Positions 1 to 10,540 of a stretch of DNA of 17,166 nucleotides are shown piece after piece. This DNA comes from Octopus sinensis. Lineage: Eukaryota. How positions within the stretch are numbered: the stretch's first letter is position 1; the number at the start of each line of letters is the position of its first letter. The stretch spans positions 1 to 17,166 of the forward strand of contig NW_021824918.1 of NCBI RefSeq assembly GCF_006345805.1, written 5' to 3'. The notes below the pieces were generated by a model. The model did no database searches. It saw only the letters and a program-made list of their open reading frames with translations, and was not told where the DNA came from. Made by a program: the position numbers and the translations under genes.

Positions 1-147
1 CATACATACATACATACATACGTACGTACGTACGTACATACATACATACATACACACACACATACATACATACATACATACACACACATACATACATACA
101 TACATACATACATACATACATACATACATACATACATACATACATAC
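1..147. repeat. (CATA)n microsatellite with CGTA/CACA variants
   Basis: Direct reading of tandem CATA units. Confidence 0.97.
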
Positions 148-699
148 TATGTTGGGAATGCTAGAAGCACCACGACGGAAGTCGAAATATGCGAGCCAAG
201 TGCCGTTGAAAATATGCTTGGTGACGTGAAGAAGAACCGACGCAAAAACAACCCACAACACCACAAGTACCACCACCACCAGCACCACCACCGTCACCTC
301 CAACATCAACAGCATCATGAGAACGTCTACTGCTCCCTGCTGCCACCACTACAAATTACAAAATAAGAAACATTGTAAGTTACAGCCAGCCGCCCTTTAA
401 GTCATATTCAAGCTTATTTTAAAACTTCTCAGAAAGGCAACACAGAATAACGATTAAAAAGAAAAAAAACATGTTAAAACAAAACAAAAAATAAAATAAA
501 CCCCAATTAGCCAGAAGTATGCAGAGTTTCGCGCCTAAAAGACATTATGGGTACCGCCTCTGCTTCTGCTATATGGGTGGTTTGTCAGGAACGTTGATAC
601 CCCGTCTCTGCAATGTCTATTTTCGCGAGGCGAGGTTTTGCAATAATATTTTTATTTGAAACGTTTTTGAAAAAAAAAATTAAGTTTTAACTTTGCTGA

Positions 700-843
700 T
701 AAGTAGCTTGTTTACCAACCACATGGTTCCGGGTTCAGTCCCACTGCGTGGCACCTTGGGCAAGTGTCTTCTACTATAGCCTCGGGCCGATCAAAGCCTT
801 GTGAGTGGATTTGGTAGACGGAAACAGAATAAGCCCGTTCGTA

Positions 844-887
<44 letters not shown>

Positions 888-1118
888 TATGTGTGTGTAT
901 ATTTGTGTGGTCTGTGTTTGTCCCCCTAGCATTGCTTGACAACCGATGCTGGTGTGTTTATGTCCCCGTTACATTGCGGTTCGGCAAAAGAGACCGATAG
1001 AATAAGTACTGGGCTTACAAAAAAATAGGTCCCGGGGTCGAGTTGCTCGATTAAAGGCGGTGCTCCAACATGGCCGCAGTCAAATGACTGAAACAAGTAA
1101 AAGAGTAAAGAGTAAAAG
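700..1118 (+). mobile_element. tRNA-derived CORE-type SINE, 'family A' (octopus-like), head slightly 5'-eroded
   Basis: B-box GGTTCAGTCCC (732-742), CORE-like CCTTGGGCAAGTGTC, internal (TA)n, 3' tail (AGTAAAAG)n. Near-identical to copies at 11908-12313, 13752-14152 and 16115-16519. Confidence 0.9.
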
Positions 1119-1408
1119 GGTATGAAATCCATTGTTCTTGTTGTTACTGTTACTGTTTAAGGAGCAGATTGTCCCAGGCCTCTCTGATTTAGTTGCGAGA
1201 CTTAAATCCGGCCCTGTGTTTAGCTTGTCATAATTTTTATTGGGTATTTGTTGAAAATTTCTTTAAAAAGTATCCATTTTCCTGAAAGATACGATGCAAA
1301 AAAGTCGGTCGATTTCGTGCGATTTCGTTTATAATAGTCTAGAGAGGAACACATCTGCATTGTTTTTCATTGACGCTCCAGGTGGAACAGAAAGACATTA
1401 CTGATAAA

Positions 1409-1799
1409 TCTCTATATATAAAGCTGAAGTTGTCTGTGTATGGCAGGTTCGGTAGCCTTCAACTAACACTATCTCCTCCGAGACCCTGAGGCGCAAGTTG
1501 ACCAAAATTGAGAGTATGATAGAAGAAGGCTTGCTCTTCATTTCGTAGAAGATAAAATTCAAATCGGACCATGTTAAGATCAAAAATTATTTACATCAAA
1601 AAGGTGCTTTTTTTCTATGAAAATCCCTATTTTTTTACAAATTTTTGACTGCTGTGTCGCCATTTTTCGGTTTGTTTCAACCAGAAAAATTTTCACTTAA
1701 AGAGAATAACAAGCTACATAATGCAAATTTTTTACTTCTCAAAAATTCAAATTCTAAAAGGTTGAAACAAACCCGAGCAACGCCGGACGATACTGTTAG
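1409..1799 (+). mobile_element. Non-autonomous Helitron-type element
   Basis: Begins A|TCTCTATATATAAA. Ends with hairpin CCG-AGCAACGC-CGG, then TTAG|T (variant of CTAG). Inserted between A and T with no TSD. Termini shared with 15342-15640. Confidence 0.75.
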
Positions 1800-2099
1800 T
1801 AATCAATAAAACCCTAAACATGAACTTGTAAACCAGGTCTATGATTATGATGACACGAACGAATTAAAATATTTAATTGAATCATCATAAAATTAACTTT
1901 TATTTCAACGCAATATTGAAATCAGCTTCAATGTATTATAAACTGAACTCTCAGCGACCCAGCAGGTCACGGGTAGTTTAGTAGAACACTTAAAGTGACT
2001 TCTGGGACATACGAAAATAAGGGAGGTAAGCCAGCCACGTTGGAAAAGAAATTTCGATTCGAGTTGGTTTCAAGTTTCGACTTTCGAAATAAATAGCAA

Positions 2100-2170
2100 C
2101 TAGTTGCCATTGCTGCTATTGTTATTGTTGTTGTTGCTGTTGTTATATTCATTGTTATTGCTGTTTTACT
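2100..2170. repeat. Decayed (GTT/GCT/ATT)n triplet repeat
   Basis: Direct reading. Confidence 0.8.
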
Positions 2171-2254
2171 GTTTCAGTATGCACTCTGGCCGTGGTCATA
2201 GTTATTTCTCTCGGTCATGGTGTGTGTATCATGTAGAGCTACAGTGGAGAGAGG

Positions 2255-2495
2255 GACATGACTATCATTTCTAGCAGCTCGAAGAACCCCGCAAAAGTTT
2301 CATTGGTGGAAAATGATGATTTTTTTGGTGTTTAACCCAGTTGACCTCTGAACCTACAGACCAACGGTTAATGATGGTCATGCATTGTGAATCGTCTATT
2401 TTCTCAGAGATACTGTATCTACCAATAGAATCAGTTTGTCCCTTCAGACGATTACTTGCAATTTGAAGGAGATTTGGGTGCTATTTCTAGCTGAG
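2255..2495. repeat. Possible old interspersed-repeat remnants
   Basis: Motif 'atttctagc' recurs in similar context (actatcatttctagcagctcg ~2260-2281; ggagatttgggtgctatttctagctg ~2467-2492). Family not identified. Confidence 0.3.
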
Positions 2496-2709
2496 AGACT
2501 TCAACGCTGTTTCTGCAGTAAATATTATAAGTACACTGTACCTAAGTATCCAAATACTTGGTGTAAACGTAGCAATACGTTATCAGAGTCGAGACACTGT
2601 TGAACTTAGTTTTAAATGCTTACTCTACGCTAGAGTTAAATTTGTCATTTTAATCAGTAATCTTTGTTGACATATGTAAGTAGATGTACATAACACATGC
2701 TTTCATAAA

Positions 2710-3410
<701 letters not shown>

Positions 3411-3764
3411 GACAGGGTTTGGGGGAGAGACATGGAAATGGATGAGGTGGAAGAAAGACTGAATAAGAAAAACACAAAACTTAGAAAACCAAAACAGAGA
3501 GAGAAAAAAAAAAACATGTCCGTCAATAAAACACAGAACGCGAATTTAAAACGTATGGGATCTATTTATAGAAAGCGCTGGCCAGAATATTAAATAGCTT
3601 GAATGTCTGGTAGAGTAAGAAATCTGTCATAAACAACCAGAGAAACAACACCCACTGTAAGATTACAACTGGTAGCAATCTGATAAATTTTGAGTCTCAT
3701 TGGATTACACACCCTCTAATACCCACACATACATGGATATATACAAGTGTGGTTTTATTTAAAC

Positions 3765-3807
3765 ATGTGTATATAAGTATTTATGTTTGTATGTATTTAT
3801 ACATAAG

Positions 3808-3886
<79 letters not shown>

Positions 3887-4125
3887 ATAAATAAATAAAT
3901 AAATATATATATATACATATATATATATATAATATGTATGTATATTTATATACGTGTGTGTGTGTGTGTGTACACACTCATATATGTTGAAATACATTGA
4001 TGGCTAAAACGAAAGGACACCCGAAAATATAATCACTTCCCACAAATTAGTGCGTGTGTGTATGTGTGTGTAGGTGTGTATATATATATATATATATGTA
4101 TTTAATATGTATATATATATATGTA

Positions 4126-4156
<31 letters not shown>

Positions 4157-4195
4157 GTATTTATATATATATATATATATATATATAGATATATC
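3765..4195. repeat. Compound (TA)n/(CA)n/(TG)n microsatellites
   Basis: Direct reading. Confidence 0.93.
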
Positions 4196-4662
4196 TGAAA
4201 CATACAAGATAAATTCTTGATTTACTGAAGTTATTTCTACTTCCAGAGAGAGAGAGAAAGAGCAGACCAACTTTTGGGTGGCAATTAGTACCAACTTTAA
4301 GGAGATTAAAAAATAGTTTTAGGAATCAAAATTTTGTCAAAACTAACATGCCATTGTGGAAAACATTTTGATTGTTTGGACAGGACAGCTACAGACATGT
4401 GTTTTTGCTTAAATGGTATCGTCTGCACCGCTATTATTTCCCCTTATATCTACACTAGACCAGACATTTATCTCTGGCCTACGGAATTTGCATAAATGAA
4501 ATGATAATAAGCTAGGGGAAATACAGCCGAGAGCCTTACGACTTGAATTTGAAGAAGAAAAACATATAATTTTATATTAAATAAGATCCAAGATAATTTC
4601 TTTATTTATTGAAATTATTTCTACTTCCAGAGAGGACAAACCAAGTGCTTGGTAGTAATAAT

Positions 4663-4880
4663 CTTTTATCTTTAATATGTTTCAGTCATTAGACTGCAAC
4701 CATACTGGGGCACCACCTTAAAACAATTTTTAGTCGAATAAATTGACACCAGTACTTATTTATTTTAAAGCCTGATATCTGTTTCATCAGTACCTTTTGC
4801 CGAATCGCTAAGTTACGAGGATGTAAACGTATCAAAGCCGGTTGTCAAGTGATGATGTTGAACAGACACAGACACAAAGT
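4663..4880 (-). mobile_element. Diverged 3' half of a family A SINE
   Basis: tttcagtcattagactgc...ccagtacttat...ttttgccgaatcgctaagttacg...ggttgtcaag aligns with gaps to 13775-13960. Confidence 0.8.
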
Positions 4881-5343
4881 CATATACGGATACAGCCATG
4901 TAACCACACACCTGCTTTTCTCCTACTTTTCTTTTGCTTCTCACGAAGACGAAGAGCTTTGCTCGAAACGACACACTTCTTTTTTCCATCTTAAACCGAA
5001 CGTCAACTTAATACATTCGCTGACTTTTGTTTTTATTTTCGATTTACCTATATCTATTTATCTATCAATCTCTCTATTTATCTATCTATCTACACACACA
5101 TATACATGTCTTTTACTGGTTATAATTTGTACAGTCGTTACTGTCCTGTTTTTGTTACGATTTTTTACCCCTCTGCGAAAAGATCTCAGAATTTTAATTG
5201 ATTTGCTTTTCGCAGGAAGGAAAGTTTCTTGTCGAAGATACGTCTCGCTTTTATCCATCGAAACATAGAGTAGATGAAACCTTTAGCGACTGAAGAAGGG
5301 TTTTTTTCTTTGTGTTAATTGTCCTGTACTCTATTTTTTTGCT

Positions 5344-5705
5344 GTTTTTAAAAAAAATGTCCAGTTCCTTTGGTTTGTGTCTATGTTTTCGTTTCTCATT
5401 GTGTTCGAAGTCCTTTTGGTGCCCTGTACTCATATATGCGTGTATATGTACATGTAGAGGTAGGTACGTACATATATGTTTATATATATGCATATGTTTT
5501 ATTTTATTTATTATTTTATTTATTAATATATATATATATATATATTTTTGTTTAAAAAAATGTCCAGTTCCTTTGGTTTGCGTCTATGTTTTCGTTTCTC
5601 ATTGTGTTCGACGTCCTTTTGGTGTCCTGTACTCATATATGCGTGTATATGTACATGTAGAGGTAGGTAGTACATATATGTTTATATATATATGCATATG
5701 TTTTA

Positions 5706-5716
<11 letters not shown>
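5344..5716. repeat. Local tandem duplication (~170-bp units, period ~203 bp) separated by (AT)n
   Basis: tgtccagttcctttggtttg... at 5358 and 5561. Only a few substitutions or indels between copies. Confidence 0.92.
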
Positions 5717-5764
<48 letters not shown>

Positions 5765-5777
5765 TACACACACATAC

Positions 5778-5818
<41 letters not shown>

Positions 5819-5819
<1 letters not shown>

Positions 5820-5965
5820 GCGTAACTTGTACGAAATTTATCGACCCCGAAAGGATGAAAGGCAAAGTAGACCTCGGCGGAATTTGAACTCAGAACGCAA
5901 CGGCAGACGAAATACGGCTACGCATTTCGCCCTGCGTGCTAACGTTTCTGCCAGCACGCCGCCTT
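5819..5965 (-). mobile_element. tRNA-derived SINE 'family B', monomer with tail lost into (TA)n
   Basis: Minus strand starts AAGGCGGCGTGCTGGCAGAAACG (A-box-like), then GAGTTCAAATTCC (B-box), then the GTCTACTTTGCCTTTCATCCTTTCGGGGTCGATAAA domain. Matches 10075-10201. Confidence 0.9.
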
Positions 5966-6174
5966 GTATCACAGGAGATTTTCTTTAAGAAGACAGTTTC
6001 ACAACCTCCATTGTTTTACACATGCACTCACGCCCCCCCCATTAAACTGATAAGAACAAGAATGTTATTACGTACAAATGTCCACTGTCTCAATGTTTCT
6101 TCTCTACAAGATTTTGCTAAGCTTGGTTAGCTTTTAAACTACCTTTATCGTCTTGTTCAAATCTTCTGAAGAAT

Positions 6175-6426
6175 GGGTATATATATATATACTCTGGGTG
6201 TTTTTGTGCATATATGTAAATGGACATGTGTGCGTATGCAGGCATATGCATATGTATACGTATATGCATGCACACACACACAGACACACACACATCTAAA
6301 CGCATATACATACATACATACATTTACATATATGCAAAGAAACGAATGTTTGTGTGTGCATGTTTTGTACGGTGTATATATATTGATATATATATATATT
6401 ATATATATATATATATTAATATGATA

Positions 6427-6469
<43 letters not shown>

Positions 6470-6525
6470 ATATAATATATAATATATATATATATATCAA
6501 TATAATATATATATATATATATATA

Positions 6526-6568
<43 letters not shown>

Positions 6569-6606
6569 TATATATATATATATATATAATATATATATAT
6601 ATATCA

Positions 6607-6637
<31 letters not shown>

Positions 6638-6673
6638 TATATATATATATTATATATATATATATATATAATG

Positions 6674-6707
<34 letters not shown>

Positions 6708-6713
6708 TATATA

Positions 6714-6756
<43 letters not shown>

Positions 6757-6895
6757 CTTTACACAAACACTTTTAAATAGGCACATTAATAAATATCTAC
6801 ATAGACATTTAGATGTGATTTATGTGTGTACGTGTGTATATATATGTATATCTGTGGGTGTTTGTAAAAGAGAAAGGCAGGGAGAGAATGGGGAA

Positions 6896-6932
<37 letters not shown>

Positions 6933-7010
6933 GAGACAGAGAAAGAGGGAAGAGAAACTTGTGTTGTGCCTCTGTGTGTGTGTATATTTTGTTTCGAGGT
7001 GTTTATATAT

Positions 7011-7045
<35 letters not shown>
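6175..7045. repeat. Compound (TA)n/(CA)n/(GA)n tract, including a ~390-bp interrupted (TA)n
   Basis: Direct reading. Confidence 0.95.
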
Positions 7046-7156
7046 ATGAGAAAATAGTTGGACATCACCCCTAACACTCTCTCTATATATAAATTAACAG
7101 AATGAGATAAAAAAATCCAAGGCTGTGAATATTTTAAGAACATTTATGAAGAAAAG

Positions 7157-7203
7157 GTCTTACAGCTGTTTCTGGGATATGGTATAAATTCCTTCTTCAG
7201 AGA
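7157..7203 (-). ncRNA. Minimal type I hammerhead ribozyme motif, probably in a Penelope-like element remnant; stem II decayed
   Basis: Minus strand reads UCU-CUGAAGA-AGGAAUUUAUACCAUAUCCCA-GAAA-C-AGCU-G-UA^AGA. It has the CUGANGA and GAAA cores, palindromic stem III ACAGCUGU, NUH=GUA and stem I UCU/AGA. Confidence 0.65.
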
Positions 7204-7206
7204 TGC

Positions 7207-7210
7207 TAAG

Positions 7211-7287
<77 letters not shown>

Positions 7288-7465
7288 GTATCTGTCTATA
7301 TATATACGTGTAAATATATACTATATATATATATATGTATCACAAGCATTAAAAATACAGACACACAAAGACACAACAAGTATATGTGTATATGTGAGTC
7401 TTTGTGTGTGAGTGTGTGTGTGTGTGTGTTTGTGTGTGTGTATGTGTGTGTGTGTGTTTGTTTGT
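7207..7465. repeat. (ATCT)n followed by (TA)n and (TG)n
   Basis: Direct reading. Confidence 0.95.
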
Positions 7466-7601
7466 GTGTGTTTGTTTATAAGTTTTTATGTTTTTGATAC
7501 AACTTTGCCATGTTTACAAGCCGAAAGAATTCTTTCGGAACGATTCTTGTCCCTCCGTCTCTTTCATTCCTTTCCGCCCTTCGCTTTGCACACTGTCTCA
7601 C

Positions 7602-7633
<32 letters not shown>

Positions 7634-8394
7634 CTTCCCTCTTTCCATCACCTTCACCTCCCCTTCTTCCTCCTCCTACTCGCTTCTCCCCCTCCGCCTT
7701 ACACTCATCTATTCGTTTCATTTTTTTTGTTGTTACATGCAATCATTTATCATCATTGTTCAAGGCGATTACATATTTGCTGAGTTGTTGTGGTTAACGC
7801 AGCCATTTCTCATTGAAAAATGACGCCGAACAAATATTTTACAAGCCAAGTGACACAAGATGACTCTTTAGTTTCGGTTGGCAGCCATTTTAGATCAACC
7901 ATTTTCAAATCAGACGATACTAAGTCTCGCTTTCGACGTTATTCCTTTTTCTATTTTGTTGGGAATATCTTGAGTAGTTTTATTTCACAAACATATCTTT
8001 TTAAATATCAAAATGCCAGAAACCTTGAACAGTTTCTGAGGGATACATTATTTTGATTTCAAAGAAGATTTTTTATTCATTTTTCGTCTTCAGCTATTTG
8101 TCTATGAATATTTATTAGGCGGCGACACAAAATCTGACATGTTGTTTTTATAAATGAATACTTGATAGAATGCAAAGAAATATAAAACAGAAAATAAAAA
8201 TATATACGATAGAAAGATACATGGAAAGAGAAAGAGGGAGAGAATAAAAACTGAAATTGAGAGAAAAGGACAGATATATCATAAACTAGATATGAAAGAA
8301 ACCTTCATTCGCTAGCATTTTTTTAATATGAAACGTAAGTTAATCTTGTTACACTTAGCTAGATAGACATAATGTGATATTGATTGATGCATAT

Positions 8395-8514
8395 ATAATT
8401 GATATATATATAAACGTGAATGCAAACGTGTAATATATGTATGTATAATACGTACATTCATACAAACGTATACATACATACATACATACATACATACATA
8501 CATACATACATACA

Positions 8515-8548
<34 letters not shown>

Positions 8549-8685
8549 CATACATACATACATACATGCATACATACATACATAAATACATACATACATA
8601 CATACATACATACATACATACATACATACATACATACATACAATACATACATATATACATGCATGCATACATACATACATAGATA
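8395..8685. repeat. (TA)n/(CATA)n microsatellite
   Basis: Direct reading. Source of the MYVC/HTYI pseudo-ORFs. Confidence 0.96.
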
Positions 8686-8919
8686 CAGCTTCTACGTAAA
8701 TATGGAAACAGACAGACCCTGTTTCAGAAGAAATGATGTGGGTGCCATTGTTCCCCATCTTATGGGTCAGGGTGAACTCTTCAAAGTACTTCTTTGCTGA
8801 AAGTGTTCCATGCGACCCTAAATGACCCCCAGATGGCCCCAGGTGACCTAGAGTGACACTTGAAACCTGTGAAAGAAGGAACATTTTACATAACAGCAAA
8901 ATCTTATTTACGAATATTA

Positions 8920-9060
8920 TAAGGTTGTCCCAAAAGTTCGTAGAAAGTCTTGGAAAATAATGGTCTTTATTTTGAGGAATAATTTTTGTTGTTTTTGTTA
9001 GTACTTGGCGAGTAAAAATTCAATTTTCGCAAGTGTTTACGAACTTTTGGGACAACCTAA
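8920..9060. mobile_element. Tc1/mariner-type MITE (~141 bp)
   Basis: Perfect 21-bp inverted repeat AGGTTGTCCCAAAAGTTCGTA (8922-8942 / 9038-9058), TA on both flanks (8918-19, 9061-62), no ORF. TIR resembles the Hsmar1/MADE1 TTAGGTTGGTGCAAAAGT type. Confidence 0.85.
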
Positions 9061-9417
9061 TATTTCCTAGAAAACATGACATTGATTCCGATATAAATTG
9101 GGTTTGTAGTTTTTTTCTTGGACCGTGATGGTTACATCCTACAACATTTAAAAATTATGCTTTTGCAATCAAAAGCAAGAAATAGCTACCAAACATATGC
9201 TGAACAAAAGAAACAGCGAAGCTCTTAGTCCCCACCCCCAACACATGAACGAAAAATGTTGGTTATGCCACATATCTGTGAAAGACATTATACATATGAC
9301 CAACAGCTGCCTCGTAATTTTCATCAAGCTATTTATTTCCTATGCCGTATGACGTTGCTAAAATCATGAAAAATGGCATTAGTAAGAAGGACCGCTTGGG
9401 ATAAGATACAAAGTATA

Positions 9418-10201
9418 GTTTCTTTATTGCCCACAAGGGACTAAACATAGAGGGGACAAACAAGGACAGACATAGGTATTAAGTCGATTACATCGACCCC
9501 AGTGCGGAACTGGTACTTAATTTATCGACCTCGAAAGGATGAAAGGCAAAGTCGACCTCGGCGGAATTTGAACTCACAACGTAACGACAGACGAAATACG
9601 TATTTCTTTATTACCCACAAGGGGCTAAACATAGAGGGGATAGACAAGGACAGACAAACGAATTAAGTCGATTACATCGACCCCAGTGCGTAACTGGTAC
9701 TTTATTTATCGACCTCGAAAGGATGAAAGGCAAAGTCGACCTCGGCAGAATTTGAACTCACAACGTAACGACAGACGAAATACGTATTTCTTTATTACCC
9801 ACAAGGGGCTAAACACAGAGAGGACAAACAAGGACAGACAAACGGATTAAGTCGATTACATCGACCCTAGTGCGTAACTGGTACTTTATTTATCGACCTC
9901 GAAAGGATGAAAGGCAAAGTCGAACTCGGCAGAATTTAAACTCACAACGTAACGACAAACGAAATACGTATTTCTTTATTACCCACAAGGGGCTAAACAC
10001 AGAGGGGACAAACAAGGACATACATAGGTATTAAGTCGATTACATCGACCCTAGTGCGTAACTGGTACTTTATTTATCGACCTCGAAAGGATGAAAGGCA
10101 AAGTCGACCTCGGCAGAATTTGAACTCACAACGTAACGACAGACGAAATACGGCTAAGCATTTCGCCCGGCGTGCTAACGTTTCTGCCAGCTCGCCGCCT
10201 T
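9418..10201 (-). mobile_element. Family B SINE tetramer: one tRNA-like head plus four ~184-bp bodies
   Basis: GAAATAC recurs at 9593, 9777, 9961 and 10145 (period 184). Head at 10152-10201. Flanked by direct repeat AGATACAAAGTATA at 9404-9417 and 10202-10215. Confidence 0.93.
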
Positions 10202-10540
10202 AGATACAAAGTATAATCATACATTCCGTCGTGAGGAAAATTATGAACCATTTCCACAAAATATTCTACTACATGCAAATGATGAAAAATTATTTCGACA
10301 GCGGCTAATGAGAATGCCAGATACATTTCGGCCTTCTTCACTGTTTCCTAAATCGAAGCCATAAATTTCGTCTAAGCATGCGACTGCTATTGCATGTCAC
10401 TGACAAGGTCCAGGAAAGCTGCTTGTCGGTTTTTCGTCTCCTACTGATATATATTGTTTTTAACACAGCACGTCTAAAAGAAATTTTCAAAAGGAAGGAA
10501 ATCTAGTACCACCTTCAATTATTGAAAAACAAGCTGCCTA

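Noticed and set aside
712-1132. Recurrent ORFs such as ...HAVGLNPEPCGW and ...FQSFDCGHAGAPP... at several loci
   Set aside because: They recur because they are reads through copies of the family A SINE, not because of a gene family.
1201-1216. TTAAATCCGGCCCTG, resembling one terminal inverted repeat of a DNA transposon
   Set aside because: No partner TIR or TSD found in the window.
6164-6200. CUGAAGA hammerhead-like core (also on the minus strand at ~8086 and ~16682)
   Set aside because: No GAAA and stem III arrangement follows with a valid stem II.
9418-10201. CRISPR-like or retrozyme array
   Set aside because: There are no unique spacers and the units are SINE bodies. I found no CUGANGA/GAAA hammerhead core or HDV fold in the unit on either strand.
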